From positions 128,001 to 192,000 of the IMG/VR virus record IMGVR_UViG_3300020576_005257: DNA of 64,000 nucleotides. One strand, written 5' to 3'. The position numbers and the translations under genes were made by a program. The first letter of the stretch is position 1. Each line of letters opens with the position of its first letter. This DNA is from a virus (taxonomy: Duplodnaviria > Caudoviricetes). The notes beneath the pieces were generated by a model that was not told where the DNA came from, searched no databases, and saw only the letters and a list, made by a program, of their open reading frames with translations. Below are positions 49,451 to 59,578 of this stretch, piece after piece.

Positions 49451-51379
49451 TTAAGCAGTTCTCACATTAAAGGAGATTTTTAGAATTTCTCCATATATAA
49501 GTCCTTCTATAAATACCCTCATTACTCCATCCATATAATCTACTACTACATCTTCGATAGTTACATCTTCAATTACAGCCAACTTAGTTTTCAATTCTGT
49601 GGCTATGTTTTGTTGGTATCCTCTTTGTAACTGGAATCCAATAAATTTACGTAAATAAATTGTAGCTACGCTAGATATTTCTGATAGTCTGGTAGTATAA
49701 GAATAGCTAAAAGTAGTATCTAAACAAACTCCCTTATCCACTGCAATACCAGAACCAATCCACCTTCTGAATAAATTTATGCCGTTTAAATAAGCTAACT
49801 CTAATTCATCTTCTGAGAAGACAGGATCTACTCCTAATACTTTTGCCGATTTATTAGTAAGTAAACCATTATTTTGTAAAGTAACTAGTGCAGCAGCAAG
49901 AACTGTGGGCTTTTTGTAAGATTGGGCTCCAATTTGTAAGAAACAATCTCCACCAAACAAAGCCACCATAGGGTGTTTTATTTGAGATCCTCTTATATAA
50001 GCTAGTACATCGTCTAAGTTATTACCACTCCCAGCAGCAGTTACAACACCTATATAAACATCATCCAGAGTTACTCTACTCGGAATAGCTCCTTGGATGC
50101 CACTAAGTGTAACCTTGGTAGCAGGTTTCTTAAACTGAAGACCCATAAAATGAGCTGTACCAGAAGCTACACCAGTCAAGCTATCAGCGTAGAACATAAC
50201 CTCATTCCCAGAGTAAGCCTTAACTCTTAACCTGTACTCGCCAGACCCCAACCAAAAACCTAGACTATTTATCTTATATCCTGTTGAAGGGGGTGTTAAA
50301 GTAATTGTAGTAAACGTATTATTAGGAAAGAGTTGTAAGCCTTTGGTTCCCCCGTGAACTCTGTTATTACCATAACCAGACTGTGTACGATCAATTACCA
50401 ACCCAGTAGGAGAAACAGAGCAGCTTTGAAGTACTGAGAGGGATGTATTATGAGTGAACCCCTCAAAACTCTGAGAACCAACCCCAGGATTCTGTAGTTT
50501 AAAAGCTGTTTCCGCTGTATTGGCCCCATAATAAGGATAAGCACCATCTAAAGAGGGAGCTTGGAAACCCCAAATTCTAAGTTGATAGGTTTGCTCTAGG
50601 AAAGAACTATTAAGCAAATCTAAAATATTACTGTCTACAGGACCAAGCACAAATACATGAGTGACATCTGGGGGTATGGTGGATGAATTAATGAACTCAT
50701 TTACAGCATTATAATCAATCACCCCGTTAAGACCACCTGTCATACTAACAGATGTAAATATGGTGGGTGTTTGTGTAGATTCTGCTATATAGAAAGGAAT
50801 GATGCCCAAACTAGAATCAGAATTTATGTTTTTTACCATATCCTCCACTTCACCTGTATAGGTTCTGGTAGGAAATTGTTGAAAGGCATCAACTATAATA
50901 CTAGTAGCTGTAGTTGTTAATGTAATATCATTAAACTGGAGTCCTTTATAGTTGGACATAAAACTCCAACCATCACGAACAATCGAGGCATAACTACCAC
51001 CAATACGACATACATAAAACCCAGCCGCACCATTATCTAGTAAATAATTACTAGCATTTAGAAGATCTGCATCTCCTAAGTATGGGGTGTAAGTAAAATC
51101 CATAACATCCCCAGTACCACCGATGGATCCGAAATACATAGTGCTTTCTTGAACAGTAGGCCTATATAAAACTCCTGTTCTACCATCAGAACTTTCGTTT
51201 TTTACTGAAGATTGGTTTGGGTAATCTAAAACAACAGAACTGGCCGTCGCTGTGATAAATTCAGTTTGAACATAATCACCACCAAAAATTTGTTTAAGTT
51301 TCGCTAAGTTGTCTACCCTTGTTACTAAGTTACAAGGTCCATTAGTTGCTGTGCCCACAATAAGACAATTAGTCGCCAT
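49451..51379 (-). CDS. Second tail-sheath paralog with inserted beta-sandwich domain
   Basis: LIVGTATNGPCN...LKQIFG N-terminus and sheath-like C-terminus (FSEDEL..AY..GIN...FIG...EILKISF); insert ~50045-50540. Confidence 0.7.
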   Translation of the reverse strand: MATNCLIVGTATNGPCNLVTRVDNLAKLKQIFGGDYVQTEFITATASSVVLDYPNQSSVKNESSDGRTGVLYRPTVQESTMYFGSIGGTGDVMDFTYTPYLGDADLLNASNYLLDNGAAGFYVCRIGGSYASIVRDGWSFMSNYKGLQFNDITLTTTATSIIVDAFQQFPTRTYTGEVEDMVKNINSDSSLGIIPFYIAESTQTPTIFTSVSMTGGLNGVIDYNAVNEFINSSTIPPDVTHVFVLGPVDSNILDLLNSSFLEQTYQLRIWGFQAPSLDGAYPYYGANTAETAFKLQNPGVGSQSFEGFTHNTSLSVLQSCSVSPTGLVIDRTQSGYGNNRVHGGTKGLQLFPNNTFTTITLTPPSTGYKINSLGFWLGSGEYRLRVKAYSGNEVMFYADSLTGVASGTAHFMGLQFKKPATKVTLSGIQGAIPSRVTLDDVYIGVVTAAGSGNNLDDVLAYIRGSQIKHPMVALFGGDCFLQIGAQSYKKPTVLAAALVTLQNNGLLTNKSAKVLGVDPVFSEDELELAYLNGINLFRRWIGSGIAVDKGVCLDTTFSYSYTTRLSEISSVATIYLRKFIGFQLQRGYQQNIATELKTKLAVIEDVTIEDVVVDYMDGVMRVFIEGLIYGEILKISFNVRTA

Positions 51380-51416
51380 GTTATCTATTCCTTATATCCT
51401 AAGGGAAAAAATTGAT

Positions 51417-52031
51417 TTACCAATAGGTAGTTCTGTTCCAATCTTCTAATTGGAAGACTGGGATATTAAGCATTAGTGGTAGGTTTCTACCTAAAATGCT
51501 GTGTTCTATATTATATGAACGGAGATCTACTGCCATAAATGCTACTTCTTTCTCAAATCTATCAATAGTAGCTTTAATTTGTACGACATCTGTTACACTT
51601 ACAATTCTTCTTCGTTGATCTGTTGGAACTGACCATACAGGAACATTCCACTCTACAAAAAAGATTATATCTTCGTAGGTAGGTTTAATTTTTCTGGGAA
51701 GGTATCCTACAAAATCCCAATTTTCAGTGTAACCTGGTTCGGTTTTGTTTACATTCATCCCCATAGCGTGACCTTGGAAGATTCTAATGGGAACAATTAA
51801 TGGTATTACCTTTTTACCAGTCCCCCAACAAATAGGACAAGGCTCACCCTCTAATCTTAATCCGTTCTCAGAGCCAGTAGCGTAGTCATAGTGTATTGGG
51901 CATGGGTCATTTTGTCTCTTTCTTAGATAAACCACATAGTCGGGGTTTTCAAATATGAATCCCTCAGCAGCCTTACCTAAAGGCTTAGAAATCTTCCAGC
52001 TACCTTTATCTTGATTCCACTCTGAACTCAT
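51417..52031 (-). CDS. Head-closure/neck protein with Cys (Zn-finger-like) motifs
   Basis: DPCPIH...EPCPICWGTG; position after adaptor. Confidence 0.55.
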   Translation of the reverse strand: MSSEWNQDKGSWKISKPLGKAAEGFIFENPDYVVYLRKRQNDPCPIHYDYATGSENGLRLEGEPCPICWGTGKKVIPLIVPIRIFQGHAMGMNVNKTEPGYTENWDFVGYLPRKIKPTYEDIIFFVEWNVPVWSVPTDQRRRIVSVTDVVQIKATIDRFEKEVAFMAVDLRSYNIEHSILGRNLPLMLNIPVFQLEDWNRTTYW

Positions 52032-53656
52032 TAAAAGTTTCTACCTCTGTTAATTTCTCCCCAATCTAAAGAAACATCAAAATAGTTGGTCATATCTAAA
52101 TTAACATCTGACATTCTAGTAGCATATCCAATATGACCGCTTGGGGTTAAATAAACTTCCCATTTTATCATTTCGTCAGCTGCTGCTTGTTTGGCATCTT
52201 TAATACCAGCAAGAAAATCGTCTGTTAAAGCTTCTTCATAATCACCAAGTCTTCGTCGTCTACCAACGTTTCTAAGCTCATCAACCAGTATTGAAGCATA
52301 TAGTTGTACTAAAGTATAAGCTTCAACCCACTTAAGAACCCCAAATCCTTTAAGATTATTGGTATCACGAACATAGGTTTCTAATAGTGAATCTCCAAAT
52401 GTTCCTACTGATCCACCTAAAATCCATGCAGAGAATTTAGCTTTAGCTTCTAATGATGCTAAATATATGTAGTAATTAATCAAATCATCTGGCATCGTAG
52501 ATGCTTCTGATCGTAATCTAGCTTTAATAACTCGTATATCTACATAGTAAGGATCATAAAGACTGGAGAATTGATAGGAGAAATTTTCCCCTAAGGTTTG
52601 ACTGCCATTGTAGCTAGATAATCCTTTTCTAACTGAGACGGTGTATCTCATATTAGAATAAAATGTTTCACTAGGGGTGAAAGTAGCTACTGTACCACCA
52701 ACACTCCAACTCCCAGAGACAGTAGACTCCAAATAGGAGGCAGGAATATCGTTTCTAGGCAACTGATCTTTTCTTACGACTGAGAAATAAGAATTTAGGC
52801 CACCTGTAACTATAGGCTGAGTAAAAGTTAAACTTATTACTGGAAAAGCAACCTGATTGGTGGATAGGTGCTCGGGGGTAACGCTATCAACTACTAATGG
52901 TACAGGGTAACTGTATTCCTCAAAATCGTAGACCCTTGAAGAAGATGGGTCTGCTGGGGTACTTATCTGTGACCCAGTATCAAACAGAATACTCCATCTA
53001 GCAGAAGGTGCAGTATAGTAAACAGTACCAGAAGAGTATCCAAAATTAGTTCTGGTAACTACCTCCCAACTTAAAGTTCTACCTTGTAAAGATCCTAAAG
53101 TAGCTTCATAACTACCATCAGCTAAAACTAATTCGGTACCAACTGAGGTAAAGGTTCCTATGTTAATTCCGTTTTCATAGAAATTAACATCATAAGCTAA
53201 GCCAACTACACCTGTGGTAGAAGTAGTGGGGTTCCAAGTAAAAACATATGGACTCTCTAAGAGGCTGCTTCCATTAGTTGGAGAAAGCAGAGATACCGCT
53301 GTGAGCCCTATAGAGGCCGTTGTGAAGGATATCGTGTAATCTTGTCGGGTCTTTCTTCCATTTGCGTCCTGAAAGCCACTACGGACGATTAAACGGTATT
53401 TAGTAGAGCTGCGAAGAACACTGGCAGGTCTTAAAGTTAATCTCTTATCAGATGCCTCATAAGAAACATAGGTAAGAGCAATAACTGCATTAGTTTCTTC
53501 GTCAAAGAGAACGAATCTCTTAGCTAGTTCATTGGCATCAGTAACCTGAGACAACGAAATATCAATGGACCAATCTAATGTAAAATCAGTGTTTACTGAA
53601 ATACTGGTAGATCCATTAACGGGGTAATTATAGACTAGCTCAGGATAGCCGACCAT
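52031..53656 (-). CDS. Head-tail adaptor with N-terminal Ig-like (Big_5/SbsA-type) domains
   Basis: YPVNGST..SVN...LTLRP...L...TKYRL...SFTT and a second similar repeat; C-terminal helical adaptor (PYYVDI..IK..L...DD.I...I..AS). Confidence 0.65.
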   Translation of the reverse strand: MVGYPELVYNYPVNGSTSISVNTDFTLDWSIDISLSQVTDANELAKRFVLFDEETNAVIALTYVSYEASDKRLTLRPASVLRSSTKYRLIVRSGFQDANGRKTRQDYTISFTTASIGLTAVSLLSPTNGSSLLESPYVFTWNPTTSTTGVVGLAYDVNFYENGINIGTFTSVGTELVLADGSYEATLGSLQGRTLSWEVVTRTNFGYSSGTVYYTAPSARWSILFDTGSQISTPADPSSSRVYDFEEYSYPVPLVVDSVTPEHLSTNQVAFPVISLTFTQPIVTGGLNSYFSVVRKDQLPRNDIPASYLESTVSGSWSVGGTVATFTPSETFYSNMRYTVSVRKGLSSYNGSQTLGENFSYQFSSLYDPYYVDIRVIKARLRSEASTMPDDLINYYIYLASLEAKAKFSAWILGGSVGTFGDSLLETYVRDTNNLKGFGVLKWVEAYTLVQLYASILVDELRNVGRRRRLGDYEEALTDDFLAGIKDAKQAAADEMIKWEVYLTPSGHIGYATRMSDVNLDMTNYFDVSLDWGEINRGRNF

Positions 53657-53664
53657 ATCATAAT

Positions 53665-53672
53665 AAATAGAG
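53665..53672 (-). promoter_or_regulatory. CTCTATTT motif (candidate late promoter)
   Basis: 8 nt before ATG of adaptor gene; overlaps the 3' arm of the post-capsid hairpin. Confidence 0.45.
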
Positions 53673-53732
53673 GTTCCCCCGTTAGGAAGAACCTCTAAGA
53701 ATAAGTCTTCGGCCCCATTTTAACTAGGGGCC
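53668..53732 (-). terminator. Double hairpin downstream of major capsid gene
   Basis: GGCCCC..GGGGCC (53711-53732) and TAGAGGTTC..GAACCTCTA (53668-53697) followed by TTTATT on the minus strand. Confidence 0.65.
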
Positions 53733-53738
53733 AGAAAC

Positions 53739-54968
53739 TTAGACGGTATTTCGAACCGTAAACAGAGGAGCGAAGTTATCAACAACTCTGATATTTCGAG
53801 CAGCCGCCATACCCTTTCCAGCATCCATAGCCGACACGTTGAAGTATCGTCTGGCCTTGAGGGTCGTTGCATCATGATACCAATCTTCCATGCTATCGAA
53901 CTCGTTATCACCACGATTCATAAGAACCATTGAGTTGGCCGAGTCAATCACGTACACATCCGTCAGAAGTGCAGCAGCATAGCCTGAACCAGGAGCATTA
54001 ACCATGACACCTGACTCGTTGTAAGGCAGAGCATAGTAGGGGACATACGACAAGCCGAATGGCATATTCTGGCTTTGATCGAAATTAGGTCCCTGCTTGT
54101 GAATGGTCCCACCAAGTTGTCCCTGATGGAAGAACGTACCTCGAATAAGGGGATCTTGGAAGATCACCGGATAGGCGAGAGGATGAATCAAGAGGTGAGA
54201 TGGGTTATAGCGATTGCCAACCACAACACCTGCGAGGGTCAAGATGTCTCGAAGTGACAATGATGCGTTAGCAGCCTGGCTGACATCAACACCCGTGGTG
54301 CGATCAGCAGCAATGCTGTTATCATTATCAAAGACTGTAATGGCCTTCTGAACGAGGGCTGTATACAGGAACTCTTCAACTCGACGATTAAGACCGTTTG
54401 CCATGAGTTCCAAGTGCAAGGAAATCAACGGGTAGATAGAATGTTGCTCAACTTCCTCAGAAAGGGAAGCCATAACACCATACTTCTTCAATCGAAGACT
54501 TGCAATGTGCTCTTGGAAGGTGAGAGCCTGGGGCTTGTATTCACCACCCTCAGCAACTTCGTATGCTTGGTAAGCACCGACAGTTGGGAAGGTAACGGTA
54601 AGAGGAGCACTGGCATCAAGCGTAATCTTCTTAGCAACGTTGTTGGTCAGCCAAGCCGAGGGTTCGGTGGGCTTAACAAGAATTTCGCTAATGACACGCT
54701 TAAAGATGACCGAAGAGTCCGAAGAAGCCATCATTTCACTGATGGGGATGTTCGGGACTACGAGCCTATCACCGTCAAGATTCTCTCGGCGGAACATAGC
54801 GTAGACATACTCTTCTGCTTCCTTCATTTGGGCAGCAACTTTCTTAGGAGTAGTTTGTCCTTCTTCGGTACCAAAGACCATTCCATTAGCCTTGGTGAAT
54901 TCCCGAATTTCAGATTCAACCGACTTCGACGTTGCCTCACTGATTAGTTTAAGGATACTGTTATTCAT
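53739..54968 (-). CDS. Major capsid protein (HK97 fold)
   Basis: 409 aa; VAEGGEY...KKYG....SEE...; P..LLIHP; GC-richer codon usage; flanked by hairpins. Confidence 0.85.
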   Translation of the reverse strand: MNNSILKLISEATSKSVESEIREFTKANGMVFGTEEGQTTPKKVAAQMKEAEEYVYAMFRRENLDGDRLVVPNIPISEMMASSDSSVIFKRVISEILVKPTEPSAWLTNNVAKKITLDASAPLTVTFPTVGAYQAYEVAEGGEYKPQALTFQEHIASLRLKKYGVMASLSEEVEQHSIYPLISLHLELMANGLNRRVEEFLYTALVQKAITVFDNDNSIAADRTTGVDVSQAANASLSLRDILTLAGVVVGNRYNPSHLLIHPLAYPVIFQDPLIRGTFFHQGQLGGTIHKQGPNFDQSQNMPFGLSYVPYYALPYNESGVMVNAPGSGYAAALLTDVYVIDSANSMVLMNRGDNEFDSMEDWYHDATTLKARRYFNVSAMDAGKGMAAARNIRVVDNFAPLFTVRNTV

Positions 54969-54993
54969 AGTTTTTTTCTCTTAATTTGTCTGC

Positions 54994-55014
54994 TGGGGCC
55001 AGTTACTGGCCCCA
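54994..55014 (-). promoter_or_regulatory. Hairpin between decoration and capsid genes (mRNA stabiliser/processing site)
   Basis: TGGGGCCAG-TTA-CTGGCCCCA, no U-tract after it on the coding strand. Confidence 0.5.
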
Positions 55015-55021
55015 TTAAACC

Positions 55022-56488
55022 TTAGTTTTTCACCAAGAATCTCATTTCTCCTACAACGTCTGCGAAGTTCAAGTGGGCTGGAATACCTGCTCTAGCAGAA
55101 GGCACCATACCAGTAGCCGAACCAGTTCCAGCAGTCACATAACGACCGTCGGTAAGACCTTCGATACCACCACCCCAAAGAACAGCACCATCAACTGACG
55201 AAACTGAAGAGTAGGTGACTCGAACCGCAGTTGCAGTAATATTCACTGCCAGTTCAATCACGCCAGTTCTCCAGTTAAGAGAATGGTATGGTCCATTAAG
55301 AGTAGCAACCAAGGACAAGGACGGACCAGAAGGAAGAGTGTACCAGTTAGCACCAGAGTAGGTGACAGACACACCCGTTGACGGGTCAATGATGGTTCCC
55401 TGAATCTCGATAATCACATTATGATTAACCGATACGGGGGCATACACAACTCGATAGACAGAACCTGCGACCACAGCGGTTGCTGATTCAGCACTTCGAT
55501 TAGTGACAGCTTGTCGTTGAGTCATAGGCGGGTAGTTAAGATAGTCTGCACGAGCCACTTCAACAAACTTGAACAGCTCCTCTCGACTCTTAACATCCGT
55601 CAAGGATTGAATTCTAACTACCTCACCACCTCTTTGATCGGCAGTATGACCATATTCGTACCAAATCTGAGTACAAGTAGCTGGCAGTGTTGCCACCCAG
55701 TTCGTACCATTAAAGGCAAGGGTCGTAGTACCAGTCACAGGAGTGCTAGAGTTAAGCAATGCAACAACTCGCGGCAACAGACCAGGATAGATAGCCTCGG
55801 TAAGGGTAACTGTCGAATTAGCTGCGAACACTTGGTATCGCATACTCAAAGCAGTCCACTTAACTGGCTTACCTCGATGGATCCAACCAATTGCAGAAGT
55901 GCTAGAAGTACTTCCCCAATAACCAGTTAACTGATCACCAGCAGTCAAAGCACCCTGTGCGTTGTTCACTTGAAGAACGAACGGCACGGAAGCAAGGAAG
56001 CCTCGGCGGAACTTAACATCAGTAGCACTCATACCAGAATCCTGGTTGAAGGTGTTACCAGTGGTCCAATAAGAAGCACCAGTGGTCGTATTAGTATTAC
56101 CACTAGTCATCTGTCCACTACCCTTGAAGATGTTGTTAACCGAAAGACCCACCGGAGTGAGATTTCGACCATCATGAAGGGTCAGCGTGGTCTTACCACG
56201 ATCTGTTTGACCAACTCTGTAAGCACTTACAGAAGCAGCCACACCAGCATTGTCGTAGCTAGCCATTGTCTGGGTAGACGAATAGCCAACAGAAACGAAT
56301 CGACCAGCCGGAATGACAATGCCACCAGCCGGATCATAGGGGTCAGCAAACTGAGCAGGAAGAAATGGGTCTACTCGCATTTCCTCCGGCGGAGTTTGGC
56401 CTACAGTAGGATTCGAGAGTTCTGTAAAACCCCCTAGCCATCTCTTAGTCGGCTGAATAGCAGAGCCGTACATATCACCGATACTCAT
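55022..56488 (-). CDS. Capsid decoration/cement protein
   Basis: 488 aa beta-rich; VDPFLP...IVIPAGRFV; immediately upstream of MCP with similar codon usage; GGAG SD. Confidence 0.6.
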   Translation of the reverse strand: MSIGDMYGSAIQPTKRWLGGFTELSNPTVGQTPPEEMRVDPFLPAQFADPYDPAGGIVIPAGRFVSVGYSSTQTMASYDNAGVAASVSAYRVGQTDRGKTTLTLHDGRNLTPVGLSVNNIFKGSGQMTSGNTNTTTGASYWTTGNTFNQDSGMSATDVKFRRGFLASVPFVLQVNNAQGALTAGDQLTGYWGSTSSTSAIGWIHRGKPVKWTALSMRYQVFAANSTVTLTEAIYPGLLPRVVALLNSSTPVTGTTTLAFNGTNWVATLPATCTQIWYEYGHTADQRGGEVVRIQSLTDVKSREELFKFVEVARADYLNYPPMTQRQAVTNRSAESATAVVAGSVYRVVYAPVSVNHNVIIEIQGTIIDPSTGVSVTYSGANWYTLPSGPSLSLVATLNGPYHSLNWRTGVIELAVNITATAVRVTYSSVSSVDGAVLWGGGIEGLTDGRYVTAGTGSATGMVPSARAGIPAHLNFADVVGEMRFLVKN

Positions 56489-57774
56489 TATTTATTATCT
56501 CCTTTGTTTCTTCCTTTTTTATTTGTTGGTTTGGTATTCATTTCCATAAACAATCCAAGACCAGAAGTGTTTGAATCATCTTCAACATCTTTGTCTTCTT
56601 CTTCAGAAGTCTCTTTGACTTTACCTTCCACTGGACTAGTGACTGGATCAACCTTAGTGGCATTACTGCCTTCGTCAGTGGGAGTTTGTTTGGGGGCTTC
56701 TGTCAGAAGTTTCCTTAAAACTGTAGCACCGAAAACCGTGTAAGGTTTGCCGCACTCCTCCAGCTTCTCTAAAGTCAATCCTTCTTTTCTAATAAGTCCA
56801 ACCAATTTGGCTAACATAGCCTGTTCATCGTTCTTATATTCGTGACGAGTAAAGTACGCCATAAGAAATTCGTTGCCAAGTTCAATCGGCTTAGAAAGTT
56901 CCTTTTCACTTTGTAATAGAGGGATAAATTCTTCGGTCTTGAAAAGAGATTTTTCATTTTCGACTAATTCTGTCAAGAAAGTCTCTACGCTGGTTTTAGC
57001 AGCGTCTGTTAAACCATAAGTCTTACAAAGTAAGGGCAGGTTCTCCAGAGCATTCTTGGCATCCTCTACAGTCTCAATCAGAAGAGGAGTATATTGCAAA
57101 CTCTCCTTCTTATCATTTACGGTATCAATGAAAATCGGAGCATGAGCAAAGGAGCCGTCCTTTTCTACCAATCCAAATTGCTTGCTCTTTTCAAAGATAG
57201 CTTCTTTAATGGGTTTTGCAGTTTCCTCTGTTTGCTTTTCGAGCATCTCTAACGCCTGAACAGCAGATAGTTTATTGATAACTGGAAAAGACTTGTTTGG
57301 GCCACAGAATGCTTCTGTGGTTAAAGCTTGTCTCTGCTTTACCGTAAACTCTGCTTCAGTGTTGAATGATTCATCTGTAGAAGCAAGATTATAAAGCTCA
57401 CCAAAAGTCAGCTTCTTGTTTGCTTCCTCTTCTGAGGATTCTAGTACCCCGCCATTCTTTAGATAGGATGCCACCGCTAGTTTAGCAGTGTCAGCATTCC
57501 ATTCTCCTTCCATCGCATCCATAGCCTCATCCTGGCACTTGATCATAAGATCAGGGTCCATAATTTTGGCTTCAGTAGATTCTTCTGTTTTAGCTAAAGC
57601 ATCAATGACACTTTGTGTAGATTTCTCCACACAGAACTCATTAACTTTTGCATTAAAAGCGGTTTCAAATTGGGTAAGGATTTCTTTTCCTTCCTTTTCT
57701 AGACCTGCCTTAACACCCTTAAGCTTATCTAAAGAGCCTACACAATCTTCAATCAGATTAGTTAGTTTTTCCAT
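56488..57774 (-). CDS. Prohead scaffold-like protein
   Basis: 428 aa acidic/helical; KQRQALTTEAFCGPNKSFPV motif; between protease and capsid genes. Confidence 0.6.
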   Translation of the reverse strand: MEKLTNLIEDCVGSLDKLKGVKAGLEKEGKEILTQFETAFNAKVNEFCVEKSTQSVIDALAKTEESTEAKIMDPDLMIKCQDEAMDAMEGEWNADTAKLAVASYLKNGGVLESSEEEANKKLTFGELYNLASTDESFNTEAEFTVKQRQALTTEAFCGPNKSFPVINKLSAVQALEMLEKQTEETAKPIKEAIFEKSKQFGLVEKDGSFAHAPIFIDTVNDKKESLQYTPLLIETVEDAKNALENLPLLCKTYGLTDAAKTSVETFLTELVENEKSLFKTEEFIPLLQSEKELSKPIELGNEFLMAYFTRHEYKNDEQAMLAKLVGLIRKEGLTLEKLEECGKPYTVFGATVLRKLLTEAPKQTPTDEGSNATKVDPVTSPVEGKVKETSEEEDKDVEDDSNTSGLGLFMEMNTKPTNKKGRNKGDNK

Positions 57775-59209
57775 TCTTTAGTTCCTTAGTGATTATTGTT
57801 ACCATCTTATCAATGGTTTCAGATTCGATAGGCGAAGACTTATCTACACCCCAATTCCTCATTGTTTCCGGCTGAGAACAAGTGTCATAGACTTTTTTGA
57901 AGACTTTAGCCCAAGAATAATCACCTTCTGACCACTCTTTCTTCTCACTTAAAGATAATAGAGGCTCAGCATAAAGGGATTTTTCCTTGAAACTAGCCCC
58001 TGGTTTAAAATTCTCAATAAAAAATGATTTAAGTTTTGCGTTTACGTTATCTTGTGTTTCCTGTGTTTCACATAAAGTAAGTTTTTTCTTATCTACTTTT
58101 CTCATTTCTGGGGTTAATTTATAGCTTTCTGTAAGAACTAATCTCACTAAAACATCATTCTCATTAACCTTTAAAATCTGTCCTGCGTGACCTTCAAAAT
58201 TTACCAATTGCTTAGCCGCAAACTCAATTGGCGTAACCACCTTAGTATCTTCCTCTTCAGGGGTTTTGTACGACTCCGTTGCATAACTTTTATCCGGAAT
58301 ATTCAGGAAGAAGTATTCAGGGATCTTCACAGAATCAATTAATTCTAAGTTTGGAGCAAAAGCACTATGCTCTTCCTCTGATAAGTCAAAAAGCTTCTCC
58401 AAAGTAAGTGCATCGTAAAATGCGAATTCCTTAGATCCAACCTTTTTCTCTCCTAACAGGAGTTTAAGACCATCTACACCAATGTCAGGATCTTCGTTGA
58501 AAGCTTCTGTATCACTGGGAACATTAACGTAGCTGACCTCAAGGCCCATCATATCATACATGGACCAATAGCATAGTCGTTTCTGGCCATCAATCTCAAC
58601 AAAGTCACCTTTATTGTAAGGAGGTAGTTCTTTTCCAGCACGAGACAATGCAACTAAGTCAGCACCAGAGATGGATTCAATAATCTTCCCAACTCTAGAG
58701 CCAACCGAAACTGTGTGATAGGCTCCACCAAGAACCTTAGGAACTGCTTCCTGATCGGAAATACAAGCCACAAAGCTCATACAACCATCTCCAGAAAGGA
58801 AACCAGGCATTCCCTTTGGAGCCGCAATTACTTTCTTTGAGTCCTTTTCTGCTTTGTAGGTAGCATATAGGATTCTTCCCATTGGCTTGTCTGCTTGAGT
58901 AAAAAACCCATCTTGAAGAGCATGGTTAGTAATGACAGGCTTAGGGTGCGGGATTACATAACTAGCATAACCAGTAGGCTGTAATTTATTCTTTTTCCCA
59001 ATGAGAGTTTCTCTCGGGTAGTAAGTATTGTTCCGGGTAAGCTTCTCAGAGTTCAAAGCTCTAATAAGAGGATAAACAGCATTAAGATCTTTGACCTTAA
59101 TATCTGCTACTGAGGCTTCAAGAATTGGCCTACCAGGATCTGTGTTTATGGGATTCTCAGTCTTGAGATTGAAATGTTCCCTGATTAAACTAATATCTTG
59201 ATTATTCAT
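57758..59209 (-). CDS. Prohead maturation protease
   Basis: TRNNTYYP, KPVITNH, PMGRI, YHTVSVGS (catalytic Ser context), EVSYVNVPSD. Confidence 0.8.
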   Translation of the reverse strand: MNNQDISLIREHFNLKTENPINTDPGRPILEASVADIKVKDLNAVYPLIRALNSEKLTRNNTYYPRETLIGKKNKLQPTGYASYVIPHPKPVITNHALQDGFFTQADKPMGRILYATYKAEKDSKKVIAAPKGMPGFLSGDGCMSFVACISDQEAVPKVLGGAYHTVSVGSRVGKIIESISGADLVALSRAGKELPPYNKGDFVEIDGQKRLCYWSMYDMMGLEVSYVNVPSDTEAFNEDPDIGVDGLKLLLGEKKVGSKEFAFYDALTLEKLFDLSEEEHSAFAPNLELIDSVKIPEYFFLNIPDKSYATESYKTPEEEDTKVVTPIEFAAKQLVNFEGHAGQILKVNENDVLVRLVLTESYKLTPEMRKVDKKKLTLCETQETQDNVNAKLKSFFIENFKPGASFKEKSLYAEPLLSLSEKKEWSEGDYSWAKVFKKVYDTCSQPETMRNWGVDKSSPIESETIDKMVTIITKELKNGKTN

Positions 59210-59212
59210 TTA

Positions 59213-59569
59213 TTATAACCTAAATTTGCCGAATCTACCACTCATAGCTCTAGTGCCTAGACGACTAGTTGTACGTAAATGGTTTTGAATAGCATTTTTG
59301 TTAAACATAGCATGCCCAGCTCCCACCATAGAAACTGCCGATAACCCACCATATAAAGCAGCGGCACCGTTGTTTTGATTGACTCTAGCATCGGCGGATT
59401 TTTTAGCCAAAAGACCAGAAGTACCTGCCATAATACCAGCTCCGATTTGCTGGGAATATTTATGTCCTCCAAGATTTGGGAGATTAATAAGCCCACGGCT
59501 TAAACCTTGTCCCATACGACTACCACCAAAAGTGTTAAGCCCGCCTCTTAGCATTGATCTAAAATTCAT
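59213..59569 (-). CDS. Gly-rich basic small protein (possible internal virion/membrane-associated)
   Basis: 118 aa; AAAGGAG SD; two hydrophobic Gly-rich helices. Confidence 0.5.
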   Translation of the reverse strand: MNFRSMLRGGLNTFGGSRMGQGLSRGLINLPNLGGHKYSQQIGAGIMAGTSGLLAKKSADARVNQNNGAAALYGGLSAVSMVGAGHAMFNKNAIQNHLRTTSRLGTRAMSGRFGKFRL

Positions 59570-59578
59570 GATTCTCCT

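Noticed and set aside
53720-56743. Long plus-strand ORFs (e.g. 54414..54947, 55511..55930, 55970..56437, 47297..47743) antisense to capsid, decoration and sheath genes
   Set aside because: Shadow ORFs expected from biased codon usage of highly expressed genes; no SD, no recognisable motifs.
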